Positions 8,696 to 17,889 of a stretch of DNA of 34,894 nt are shown here, piece after piece (the stretch's first letter is position 1; each line of letters begins with the position of its first letter). This DNA comes from an archaeon (GTDB lineage Archaea; Iainarchaeota; Iainarchaeia; Iainarchaeales; 0-14-0-20-34-12): NCBI GenBank assembly GCA_038046645.1, contig JBBSVU010000002.1:1-34894 (forward strand). Reading direction: 5' to 3'. Both the position numbers and the translations under genes were made by a program. The notes below the pieces were generated by a model. That model was not told the DNA's origin, did no database searches, and saw nothing but the letters and a program-made list of their open reading frames with translations.

Positions 8696-9064
8696 AATAA
8701 CATATAATCAATAAAGATAAACATTATAAATCAAACCTTGAAATCTTAGATATATGACAGATGCTGCAATTGCAAAGACTAATTCTGCTGGTGGCAGAAG
8801 GAGTACAAAGCCAGCTGAACATTTGGCTGAAGAAGCGCTGTAGAAATACTCAAAACAGAATTTTAAACTAAGTTAAAAGTATGAAATAAGCCATTTGATG
8901 AACACTAAAAAGTGCCTTTGTATATCATTTCTACAGAGCCAAGCCATATGTAACATATGCAGATTGCTGCAAAAAGAATTCAGCCTAGGCGTTTTATCGC
9001 TTAAAACGATCCAAAAACAGCCATACAATTTTAAACCCATCAAACAATAAAGAATTGTAATAAT

Positions 9065-9137
9065 AGCCCCGTAGTGTAGTGGCCAAGCATACGGGCCTTT
9101 GAAGCCTGGGACAGGAGTTCGACTCTCCTCGGGGCTA
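9065..9137 (+). tRNA. tRNA-Gln(TTG), intronless, CCA not encoded
   Basis: Acceptor stem AGCCCCG/CGGGGCT plus discriminator A; anticodon arm CGGGC-CTTTGAA-GCCTG; T arm AGGAG-TTCGACT-CTCCT. The A1-U72 pair is typical of archaeal tRNA-Gln. TTTAAA box ~30 nt upstream. Confidence 0.95.
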
Positions 9138-9286
9138 AATTTTTTCTTTTAGAAAAAGAAAAACTTTAATTAAAAAGAAAACTAAATTTCATTAATATTA
9201 ACGAAAAGCCTTTAATGGTTTAAAGAAAGAAAAAAAACTAACTGGCAAAAGAGAAAACTTTTGCCAAGAAAAAGAAATTGTGTTTT

Positions 9287-11140
9287 ATGGCTAAATCGAT
9301 TCTCATAACCGTTTGTCTTGCAAACGATATGGTTTGTCCTGTTGAAAAAAATCAGCCATTGCCAAATACATTGCATATAGGATATTACGAGTCTGTCAGA
9401 TTGCTTGGCACCGAATGGAAAAAAGGCCCATTGATAAAATTTTTGCAGTTCTGCCACGGAAAGCAGGCTAAGGATTTAAGTATTATCCATATGAGGGACT
9501 GGCACAACCCAAAGGATCCCCTGCAAAAATATGAATTGGAAAAATATGGGCCACATTGCATTGAAAACACATGGGGTGCAAAATTTGTTTGGGAAGATAA
9601 GGGATTGTTGCCAGAAAAAAAGAATGCGCATATTTTAAATTCAAAAAAAATAATGACTGCTACAGAGCCTGAATTTGTAAAATTGTTCAAAAAAGTAATA
9701 GGAAATACCCCAAAAGAAGAAATAAAGGTTGGGATAATTGGTGTTTTAACAAACATTAAAGTTCAGCAGATGGCAATAGGCCTGCAGGGATTGTTTGATA
9801 TAAATAATATTGCCATTTGTTCTGCATTGTGCGCAAGCAATAATGTAAGAAGGCATTTTCAGGGTTTAGATGATTTATCAAATTTATACGGGGTTAATGT
9901 TTTTGACAGCATAAAACAATTTAGCACATGGTTAAATGTAAAAACATCTTCTTCATTAAAGATGCAGAAGTTCGATGTGCCAACAATAAAACTTCTGGAC
10001 GGCAAAGTGCTGGATAAAGACCAAATTACTATTATTACTTATTTGTTCAAAGAATGCAAATCCATAAAATTAAAGCCATTATTTGGGGGGTATAGCGGAG
10101 CGCAGGTTTACTATGCTAACAGTTCAGACAGGCGTGGTTTCGAAGAGGTTCCGACTGTTGTGAAATTAGATCGAATGGAAAACATTGGAAAAGAAAGGGT
10201 TGGATTTGAAAAATTGCAGCATATTTTAGGGCCGCATTTGCCAAAAATTGTTGATTCAATCGAAACAGATAAAGGTGCTGGTATAAGGTACTCTTTCACA
10301 ATGATGAATACAAAAATAGGTGCAAAAACATTTAAGGAATTTTATGAATCCCTTAACGGAAGAAACAAGAAAGACTTGCTGCAGTTAGAAGAACAATTGA
10401 CTATTATATCTGAAGAGATATTTGACCCTTTGTATGCAAACTGGACCCTTGACCAGAAACAGCTTTGGGCATCAAACACATTTAAGATTGAATACCTGGG
10501 CGGCATAAAAGCAGCAATAAAGAAAATTTTAGGGTATTTGCCCTATGATGATACTATATCTATCCCAAATATAGGGAAATTCTATAATCCGGCATTATTT
10601 TATGCCGAGCAAAATATAACTGCCAGATTAAATGAGCCTGTTGTGTATGTTAGGCAATCTTTGGCACATGGCGATCTTAATGCGACAAATATTCTGATGG
10701 ATAACAACAAAAACATCTGGTTGATTGACTTTTACCACAGCGACTATGATTACCATGTGATTCAAGATATTGTTAAATTAGAAAATGACTTGAAATTTTT
10801 GCATACTCCCGTAAATTCAGAAAAAGAACTTTTGCAGTTGGTGGAATTTGAGAAACTTCTAATGTTGCAGAAAAAGCTGTCTGAACCAATAAAGAACCTG
10901 CCAAAGAATCTTGCGAAAAACAAAGATATTTACAAGTTGCACAAAGCAGTAAAAATGATTAGGGCTTTTGCGTTTAAAGTATCTAATGATGCCAATATGA
11001 GAAATTACAGGATTCCGCAGTTAAGATACTCAGGCCATACCTTAAACTTTGAGGAAGCTACCTTATTGCAAAAGAAATACGCTCTGATATCCACAGCACT
11101 GCTTTGCGAATATTTCGAAGGGGATATGCCTAGGGCTTGA
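9287..11140 (+). CDS. Fusion protein: isochorismatase/nicotinamidase-like domain plus APH/protein-kinase-like phosphotransferase
   Basis: N-terminal CLANDM, RDWH, HCIENTWGA, GVLTNIKV; C-terminal GGYSGA, VVK, AHGDLNATNIL, WLIDF. ATG 9287 preferred over TTG 9278. Confidence 0.8.
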   Translation: MAKSILITVCLANDMVCPVEKNQPLPNTLHIGYYESVRLLGTEWKKGPLIKFLQFCHGKQAKDLSIIHMRDWHNPKDPLQKYELEKYGPHCIENTWGAKFVWEDKGLLPEKKNAHILNSKKIMTATEPEFVKLFKKVIGNTPKEEIKVGIIGVLTNIKVQQMAIGLQGLFDINNIAICSALCASNNVRRHFQGLDDLSNLYGVNVFDSIKQFSTWLNVKTSSSLKMQKFDVPTIKLLDGKVLDKDQITIITYLFKECKSIKLKPLFGGYSGAQVYYANSSDRRGFEEVPTVVKLDRMENIGKERVGFEKLQHILGPHLPKIVDSIETDKGAGIRYSFTMMNTKIGAKTFKEFYESLNGRNKKDLLQLEEQLTIISEEIFDPLYANWTLDQKQLWASNTFKIEYLGGIKAAIKKILGYLPYDDTISIPNIGKFYNPALFYAEQNITARLNEPVVYVRQSLAHGDLNATNILMDNNKNIWLIDFYHSDYDYHVIQDIVKLENDLKFLHTPVNSEKELLQLVEFEKLLMLQKKLSEPIKNLPKNLAKNKDIYKLHKAVKMIRAFAFKVSNDANMRNYRIPQLRYSGHTLNFEEATLLQKKYALISTALLCEYFEGDMPRA

Positions 11141-11146
11141 TTATAA

Positions 11147-12403
11147 CTATTTTTTCATTCTCCTTTGCAGTTCAGAAAATATCTGTTTTTGTGAAATATT
11201 TTGCTTAATTGCAGCTGTTGCGAGAAAATAAATTAAATCACTAATCTCCCATATTAGATTTTCTGAATCATTTTTTTTCATTGCTTCAATTACTTCGTCT
11301 GATTCTTCCCTGATTTTCTCAACTAGAAGTTTTTTATTCTTCAATAGCTTGGCAGTGTATGATTCTGCTGGCATTTTATCCTTGCGGCTGCGCAAGGTTT
11401 CAAATAATGTATTCAAGCTGCTTGCATTGTTTTCTTTTATTCCTGAAAAACAGGAATATTTGCCAGTGTGGCAGGCAACATTCTTCTGCTTCACTTGATA
11501 AAGCAAAGTATCATAATCACAATCTGCTTTTGCTCGCACAATCTGCTGATAATTCCCTGAAGATTCCCCTTTCTGCCAGAGTTTCTTTCGGCTTCTGCTG
11601 TAATAAAAGCATTTTCCTGTTTCAAACGTCTTTAAGACCGATTCTTTATTTGAATATGCAAGCATTAAAACTTGTTTAGTGTCAAAGTCCTGAACAATTG
11701 TCGGGATTAATTTGTTCCTGAATCTTAACTGCTGCAAAAATGCTTCCTCAAGATTAATTTTTCTTGTATACAGTGCCATTCCTAAGATTGAATCAACATC
11801 AATTGAGTTTAATTTCACAATTTCAGGAATTGAAGAAATTCCGCCAGCTGCACTAAACTGATTCCTTGTAAGTTTTTTTAATTTTTTAATTTCTTCAATG
11901 TTTGTGCCCTGCATTAAACCTTCGTTATCCACGCAGGTGTAAAAAAATTCAGAGCAGTAAGGCTCTAATTTTTTAATTATGCACTCAGCTTTCTGTTTTG
12001 TGCTTTTTCTCCAGCCATCTTTCACAACAAAACCATTTTTCGAATCAAGAGCAACAATAATCCGTTCTTTTGGTATTTGCTTATTCAGCTGTTTGAGAAA
12101 TTTTTTGTTGGATTTTGTGCCAATAATTATTTTGTCAGCACCAAAAACAATCAATTTTTTGGCATACTGCACTGTTCTTATGCCGCCGCCAACCCTTACT
12201 TCGGCAAATTTAGCAATTTCTTTTACTATCTCTAAATTATCCCCTTTCCCAAATGCTGCATCCAAGTCAATTATCTGAATAGGCCCAAATACGGCTAGTT
12301 TTTTTGCTATTTCAACAGGGTTTTCAAACTCCAAAACCTTTGTTTTGCCCTGTACGAGCTGAACTGCTTTGCCATTCATCAAATCTATGCTTGCTATTAT
12401 CAT
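11147..12403 (-). CDS. hisA-hisIE: Triple fusion HisA-HisI-HisE
   Basis: HisA barrel (SIDLMNGKAVQLVQG, IDLDAA, VGGGIR, AAGGISS), HisI (YSRSRKKLWQKGESSGN, DCDYD, ACHTGKYSCF), HisE (SYTAKL, KIREESDE, EISDLIYF). Confidence 0.92.
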   Translation of the reverse strand: MIIASIDLMNGKAVQLVQGKTKVLEFENPVEIAKKLAVFGPIQIIDLDAAFGKGDNLEIVKEIAKFAEVRVGGGIRTVQYAKKLIVFGADKIIIGTKSNKKFLKQLNKQIPKERIIVALDSKNGFVVKDGWRKSTKQKAECIIKKLEPYCSEFFYTCVDNEGLMQGTNIEEIKKLKKLTRNQFSAAGGISSIPEIVKLNSIDVDSILGMALYTRKINLEEAFLQQLRFRNKLIPTIVQDFDTKQVLMLAYSNKESVLKTFETGKCFYYSRSRKKLWQKGESSGNYQQIVRAKADCDYDTLLYQVKQKNVACHTGKYSCFSGIKENNASSLNTLFETLRSRKDKMPAESYTAKLLKNKKLLVEKIREESDEVIEAMKKNDSENLIWEISDLIYFLATAAIKQNISQKQIFSELQRRMKK

Positions 12404-12404
12404 A

Positions 12405-13171
12405 TCAAACCCTTACATCAATATTTTTTGATTTTAAATATTCCTTAACCTGTTTAATCGAATACTTTCCATAATGAAAAATGCTTGCTGCAAGAACAGC
12501 ATCTGCCTTGCCAAGCATAATAACTTCTGCCAAATCCTGCAAAGTGCCACAGCCACCAGAGGCTATTACCGGAATATTTGAATTTTCAGATATTTTCTTT
12601 GTCAGTTCTATATCATATCCTGTTTTTGTGCCATCTTTTCCGATTGATGTTAAAAGAATTTCCCCAGCACCTAATTCTTCCGCTTTTTCGCCCAGTTTTC
12701 AGTAATCAAAATTGTTTCAGTTTTACCGGCAGATGCAAAAACCTTGTTTAAATTATTTACCTTGTTTGAATCAATTGCAACAACGCAGGCCTGCCTTCCA
12801 AACTGATTGCTGATTTCAGAAATTAATTTTGGGTTTTTAATTGCAGCAGTGTTTATTGCCACTTTATCTGCGCCATTTTTGAATAATCTTTCTGCATCCT
12901 TTATTGTCTTAATGCCACCTCCAACAGTCAAAGGTATGAATACCTTTTGGCTTACTTTTCTGACTGTTGAAATCATGGTTTTTCTGCTTTCAACAGTAGC
13001 GCCAATATCTAAAAAGCAGAGCTCATCCGCTCCCTGTAAATAATATTGTTCAGCCAATCTTACAGGATCATTTACTATTCTGAGATTTTCAAAATTCCTA
13101 CCCTTGACTACCTTAATCTTGTTATTTATGATTGTGCAGTCCAAGCACGGAATTATTCTTTTTTTAAGCAT
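12405..13171 (-). CDS. hisF: Imidazole glycerol phosphate synthase cyclase subunit, interrupted by a one-base frameshift at ~12684-12688
   Basis: ORF 13171-12671 ([23 protein letters not shown]) stops early. The -1 frame continues [24 protein letters not shown]...IASGGCG...AASIFHYG...DVRV* (TGA 12407-12405). Span is 767 nt, one short of 256 codons. Confidence 0.92.
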
Positions 13172-13172
13172 T

Positions 13173-13778
13173 TTAAAACCCTGAAAAATTTTCCAATATT
13201 TTTAAACCTATTTTACCGGATTTTTCCGGGTGAAATTGTGTCGCAAAAATATTTTTTGATTCAATGGCTGCTGGGAATTTTTCAGCATATTTTGAATATG
13301 CTGAGATTATCGCTTTTTGTTCAGGTAAGGCAAAATAACTGTTTATATAATAAACATCAGCATTGTTTGCAATGCCCTTCAGCAATCTGCTGTTTTTGCT
13401 TGTTATCTGCAGGGAATTCCACCCTATTTGTGGAATTCTCTTTGCCATTGAAAACTTTTTTATCTTGCCTTTAAAAATTCCCAAACCATTAATGCCTTGG
13501 GTTTCCTCACTTTCTTCAAACAATAGCTGCATGCCTAGGCAAATGCCTAAAAATGGTTTTTTATCTGCAAGGATTGATTTCTTCAAAGGAGTTGCAAGCC
13601 CCTTTTTGTCAAGAGCCTGCATTGCAGCACCAAATGAACCTACTCCAGGCAAAATTATGGAATCTGCTTTATTAAAATCAGCCTTGCGGCTAATTAAAAC
13701 AAAGCGTTCATTAATTTTTTCCAATGCATTTTTCACACTTTGGATGTTTCCTATCCCATAATTCATTACTCCTATCAT
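13173..13778 (-). CDS. hisH: IGP synthase glutaminase subunit
   Basis: LPGVG, GICLGMQ, QFHPEKS. Confidence 0.95.
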   Translation of the reverse strand: MIGVMNYGIGNIQSVKNALEKINERFVLISRKADFNKADSIILPGVGSFGAAMQALDKKGLATPLKKSILADKKPFLGICLGMQLLFEESEETQGINGLGIFKGKIKKFSMAKRIPQIGWNSLQITSKNSRLLKGIANNADVYYINSYFALPEQKAIISAYSKYAEKFPAAIESKNIFATQFHPEKSGKIGLKILENFSGF

Positions 13779-14350
13779 AAAATTCCCTTGGTGCTTGGCA
13801 TTTCAATGGTTTTATCATCTGAGGTTGCAATCCTTAATGCTTTGCCAAAGCATTTGAATATTGCTTCAGTAATATGGTGTTTATTCGTACCATTAAGGAC
13901 CTTTATTTGCAAGGTAACCTTAGCATTATTTGAGAATGCACGCATGAATTCCCCAATATTCTCAAGATCAAAGCCTTCTATGCTAAAATTTTTGAAATTT
14001 TGCTCATTGAATTCAACTGAGCAGTAAGGCCTAGAGCTTATATCTATGGATGTTAGCACAAGTGCATCATCCATCGCAAGGATAAATGAGCCATATCTTG
14101 CGATGTTTTGCTTGCTCAATTCTTTTTCAAAGGCTTGGCCTAAAAGAATGGCGCAATCCTCAATAATGTGGTGCTGTAAATCCCCTCTAGCATTTAATTC
14201 TAAGTCAAATGCAGCATTTTTAACAAATGCTTCAAGCATATGCTGGAAAAATGGCTGGTTTTCAACATTAATTTTGTAATTTCCTTTGCCTTTTATGCTC
14301 AACTTAATTGCTATTTCAGTTTCATTTGTTTTCCTTTCACACGAAATCAT
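13775..14350 (-). CDS. hisB: Imidazoleglycerol-phosphate dehydratase
   Basis: RKTNETEI, FFQHML, HHIIED, MDDA, NKHHITEAIFK, PSTKG. Confidence 0.95.
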   Translation of the reverse strand: MISCERKTNETEIAIKLSIKGKGNYKINVENQPFFQHMLEAFVKNAAFDLELNARGDLQHHIIEDCAILLGQAFEKELSKQNIARYGSFILAMDDALVLTSIDISSRPYCSVEFNEQNFKNFSIEGFDLENIGEFMRAFSNNAKVTLQIKVLNGTNKHHITEAIFKCFGKALRIATSDDKTIEMPSTKGIL

Positions 14351-16044
14351 TTTACCACCTTAAAAATCCCTGAGAAATTATTAATTCTTGCAATGTTTCC
14401 GGCAATTTTTGGCATCCCGCAATTTTTTCTTATGGATACAATCGGTTTTATGCCGGCTTTTTTTGCACAAATAATATCCTCGGCAGAATCGCCAACATAG
14501 TATGCATTTTTTGCATTAAACTCCTGAATAATTTGATTCAAACCCCTTGGATTTGGTTTAAGTTTCGGAAAAATATCCTCTAAACAAATAATTCTTGAAA
14601 AATATCTATCAATGCCAAATTTCCCCAGAATAAAGCCGGTTTCTTTTCTTGGCCTCCCAGTGAATATGGCTAGGCGGTATTTTTTTGAGAGTTTATCCAA
14701 AATCTTTTTTGAGATTAGAAGTTTTTCATTTCGGATATAGCCGTTAAAATTTTTTCCAAGATAAATTTCCTGAAACTTTGCCCTTATCTTTCTGAAAGCA
14801 ACATTATATCCTGCTTTTGACATAAGCTCTTGCGTTAAATACCAGTCATTGTTGAAATAGCCGGTATTTTTTAATTTTTGAATTTCAGAATTAGGTATTT
14901 TCTTGCCCGTGAAATAGCCAAAAGTCTCTTTTATTGATTTTTTCTGGGATTTATTAATATCTATTAGGGTATTATCAAGGTCAAAAATCAAAAGAGGCAT
15001 ATTTAGTATGCGATCTAGTTCTGCTACCAACATTTTCATCTGTTTTTTTGTCCCTATTGTTATTCTGAGACAATTTTCAAGCAAGGGATTTGAAGAAACA
15101 TCCCTGACAAGAATGCCTTTTTCAAGAAGTTTATTCCTAACAAAATTTTTGCTTTGGCCAAAATTAACAAGAATGAAATTTGCACTGCTTTTGCAGTATT
15201 TTATCTTTCTTTTTTTCAGGAATTCCCCCAATATTCTTTTGTTTTTGTTTATTTCCCTTACATAATCTTTGACATAACCCAAATCACCCAATGCCAGAAA
15301 AGCTGATTTAACTGCAATCAGGTTTACGCTATAGGGCGATTTTGCCTTATTTATCTGTTTGGCTATTTCCTTATTGGCAATCATATACCCTAATCTTAAA
15401 CCAGCAAGCCCAAATGCCTTTGAAAATGTCCTTAATATAATTATATTTTGGAATCTCTTTAGCAAAGGGATTGCTGAAAGCCCAGAAAATTCAAAATATG
15501 CCTCATCAACCAGGACAATTGAGTTTTTCGCTTTTTTTGCTATTTTTCTAATGTCTGCCAAAGAAACTGGTGTGCCGGTTGGGCTATTTGGGTTGCATAT
15601 AACAACAAGTTTTGTTTTTTTGGTGATTTTTCTAAGAATTTCCTTTGTTGGGAAAGAAAAATCAGGACTGTAAAGAATTTTCTTTATTTTTGCACCAGAA
15701 AATTGTGCGTAATTGTAGAAGAGTTTGTAAGAGGGGGTAGGAATTATTACCTCATCATTTTTATTCACAAAACACCGCATTGCCAAATCGATGCCTTCAT
15801 CCGAACCATTAGTCAAAACCAGATTTTCCGAATTTGCCTTTGCGTATTCTGCGATTTTTTCTTTCAGGCCAGCATAGCTTGGATAAACATTCAAAACTGG
15901 TGAATCAAGATTAATGCTATTTCTTACTTTTTTACTTGGGCCTAATGTATTCTCATTAAAATCTAGCTTTAGCATCTTCTCCCTGAAATCAAGCGGAGGA
16001 ATATATGATTCCATACGCTCAATCTCTTCCTTAATCTTTATCAT
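14347..16044 (-). CDS. hisC: Histidinol-phosphate aminotransferase fused to a C-terminal HAD phosphatase (probable histidinol-phosphatase)
   Basis: DFNEN, NGSDE, NPNSPTG, DEAYFEF, RTFSKAFGLAGLRLGY; then FDLDNTL, NNDW, FTGRP, KPNP, YVGDSAED. Confidence 0.92.
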   Translation of the reverse strand: MIKIKEEIERMESYIPPLDFREKMLKLDFNENTLGPSKKVRNSINLDSPVLNVYPSYAGLKEKIAEYAKANSENLVLTNGSDEGIDLAMRCFVNKNDEVIIPTPSYKLFYNYAQFSGAKIKKILYSPDFSFPTKEILRKITKKTKLVVICNPNSPTGTPVSLADIRKIAKKAKNSIVLVDEAYFEFSGLSAIPLLKRFQNIIILRTFSKAFGLAGLRLGYMIANKEIAKQINKAKSPYSVNLIAVKSAFLALGDLGYVKDYVREINKNKRILGEFLKKRKIKYCKSSANFILVNFGQSKNFVRNKLLEKGILVRDVSSNPLLENCLRITIGTKKQMKMLVAELDRILNMPLLIFDLDNTLIDINKSQKKSIKETFGYFTGKKIPNSEIQKLKNTGYFNNDWYLTQELMSKAGYNVAFRKIRAKFQEIYLGKNFNGYIRNEKLLISKKILDKLSKKYRLAIFTGRPRKETGFILGKFGIDRYFSRIICLEDIFPKLKPNPRGLNQIIQEFNAKNAYYVGDSAEDIICAKKAGIKPIVSIRKNCGMPKIAGNIARINNFSGIFKVVK

Positions 16045-16055
16045 TTTTTCACCGT

Positions 16056-17327
16056 TTATCTTGATTTTTTCAGCCTTAGAAGGGCAGCTTTTTTGTGCCC
16101 TTCTAGCCCTTCTATTTCTGCCAATTTGGCAGAAATCTTTGCCAATTCCTTTGAAGCTTTTTTTGAAACCTTCTGAAAACTAATCTTTTTGACAAAATCT
16201 TCAGTACTCAAGCCAGCACGATATTTTGCTGCTTGGTTTGTTGGCAAAACATGGTTTGTGCCAGAGCAATAATCTCCGAATGTCTCGCATGAATATTCAT
16301 CAATGAAAATTGCCCCAGCATTTTTTACCTTTGAGATAATATTTCTGCTGCCAAATATTTCCAAGTGCTCTGGCGAGAATTTATTTGCCAGTGCTATTGC
16401 CTGATTTTTATCTTCAACAAGAATAATTGCGCCATTCCTCAAAATTGACTTTGATGCAATTTCTTTTGTTGAAAGTTCTTGCAATTGCTTTGAAATTTCT
16501 GATTTAACTTTCTCAGCAAGCGCACGATTTGCCGTTAGCAATATTGCAGAGGCATTTTCATCGTGCTCTGCCTGCGCAAGAAGATCTGCCGCAATAAAAT
16601 CAGGCCTTCCTTTATCCGCAAGAACCATTATTTCTGTCGGGCCAGCAATAAAATCAATGCCGACAGAGCCATACACTAGTTTCTTGGCTGTGCTTACATA
16701 AATATTTCCCGGGCCAACAATCTTGTCAACTTTTTCTATTGATTGCGTGCCAAAAGCTAGGGCAGCAATTGCCTGAGCTCCTCCAATGCGATAAATCTCA
16801 GTTATTCCACAAAGATATGCTGCTACTAAAATTTCTTTTTTACTTGATGGGGGAACACACATTACAATTCTTTTTACGCCAGCGATTTTTGCAGGAATTG
16901 AATTCATCAGAACAGAACTTACTAATGGATATTTGCCGGCAGGCACATAAATTCCAACAGAATCTATTGGCTTAATTATTTCGCCAAAAACCATACCTTT
17001 ATTCAGCTTAATTTTCCATGGTTTTGGCTTTTGTTTTTTTGCAAAAAGTTCAATATTCTTTTTTGATTTTTTCAGGGCAGAAATAAATGACTTATCTGCG
17101 GAGAAATATGCCTTTCTGATCTCAGTTTTTGAGATTTTTAGGTTTTTTGCACTAAGTTTAAACTTATCAAACCGTTTTGAATATTCGAAAAGTGCTGAAT
17201 CGCCATTCTGTTTTACATTTGACAAAATTTCAGTAACTTTTGATTCGACATCAGCGTTGCTTTGCTGCCTTGACAATATTAACGATTCAAGAAATTGTTC
17301 TTGATCTCTTGTAATTATCCTAATCAT
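16056..17327 (-). CDS. hisD: Histidinol dehydrogenase
   Basis: GGAQAIAALAFGT, GPGNIYV, AGPTEI, QAEHD, PEHLE, GDYCSGTNHVLPT. Confidence 0.96.
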   Translation of the reverse strand: MIRIITRDQEQFLESLILSRQQSNADVESKVTEILSNVKQNGDSALFEYSKRFDKFKLSAKNLKISKTEIRKAYFSADKSFISALKKSKKNIELFAKKQKPKPWKIKLNKGMVFGEIIKPIDSVGIYVPAGKYPLVSSVLMNSIPAKIAGVKRIVMCVPPSSKKEILVAAYLCGITEIYRIGGAQAIAALAFGTQSIEKVDKIVGPGNIYVSTAKKLVYGSVGIDFIAGPTEIMVLADKGRPDFIAADLLAQAEHDENASAILLTANRALAEKVKSEISKQLQELSTKEIASKSILRNGAIILVEDKNQAIALANKFSPEHLEIFGSRNIISKVKNAGAIFIDEYSCETFGDYCSGTNHVLPTNQAAKYRAGLSTEDFVKKISFQKVSKKASKELAKISAKLAEIEGLEGHKKAALLRLKKSR

Positions 17328-17889
17328 AACCCTTACTCCCGATTAAAACAAAATCGCTGGAAAATATTGTTTCAGAAACATAAAGGCCTAGATTAAAAGC
17401 TGTTTTGCCTGTGCAAACAACATCAATGCAGGCTTCAGCCAAACCCTGTTTTACCGCTTGTTCTGTTTCTCCATTAAATAGCAGAATTTCAGGCCTTAAT
17501 GAATATTTTTTCTTAAAGTATTCTACCGCTAGCCTATAATACTTTTTATTTACTGCAAATTTAAGATAGGAAATATCAGATAAATTTCTGTTTTTTGGCA
17601 GCAGAACCGATAATGTCGGTTTCCTATATGCAAAATTAGGGTCATCCCAGGTTTCTTTTAGAATTAACTTAAGATTTGATTTTTTGTTTACTTTCAATAA
17701 GTATTCAGAATAGAGATCCTCACCAGTAATGCCTAAAACCAAGATATTTTTTAAGGAGAATTCTTCAATAAGTGCAGGAATATCTTCCCCCCTAAATGAA
17801 AGAAGTTCTGTCCTGCCAAGGTTTATTTCATTTTTTATCCTTTCAACTATTTGTTTAAAGCCTGTATTCTTAGGCACAAGGACCTTGAT
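17320..17889 (-). CDS. hisG: ATP phosphoribosyltransferase, short form, divergent; HisG-like sequence starts upstream of the first canonical start (GTG 17877)
   Basis: RGEDIP, GITGEDL, GETE...GLAEACIDVVCTGKT. The in-frame residues IKVLVPK (from 17889) resemble the HisG first strand (l.iAlPK). No C-terminal regulatory domain. Confidence 0.82.
   Translation of the reverse strand: MKVLVPKNTGFKQIVERIKNEINLGRTELLSFRGEDIPALIEEFSLKNILVLGITGEDLYSEYLLKVNKKSNLKLILKETWDDPNFAYRKPTLSVLLPKNRNLSDISYLKFAVNKKYYRLAVEYFKKKYSLRPEILLFNGETEQAVKQGLAEACIDVVCTGKTAFNLGLYVSETIFSSDFVLIGSKGYD

Noticed and set aside
8838..8936. ATTTCTAC resembling a Cas12a repeat or CRISPR array
   Set aside because: Only one inverted pair; there are no regularly spaced direct repeats and no cas genes in the window.
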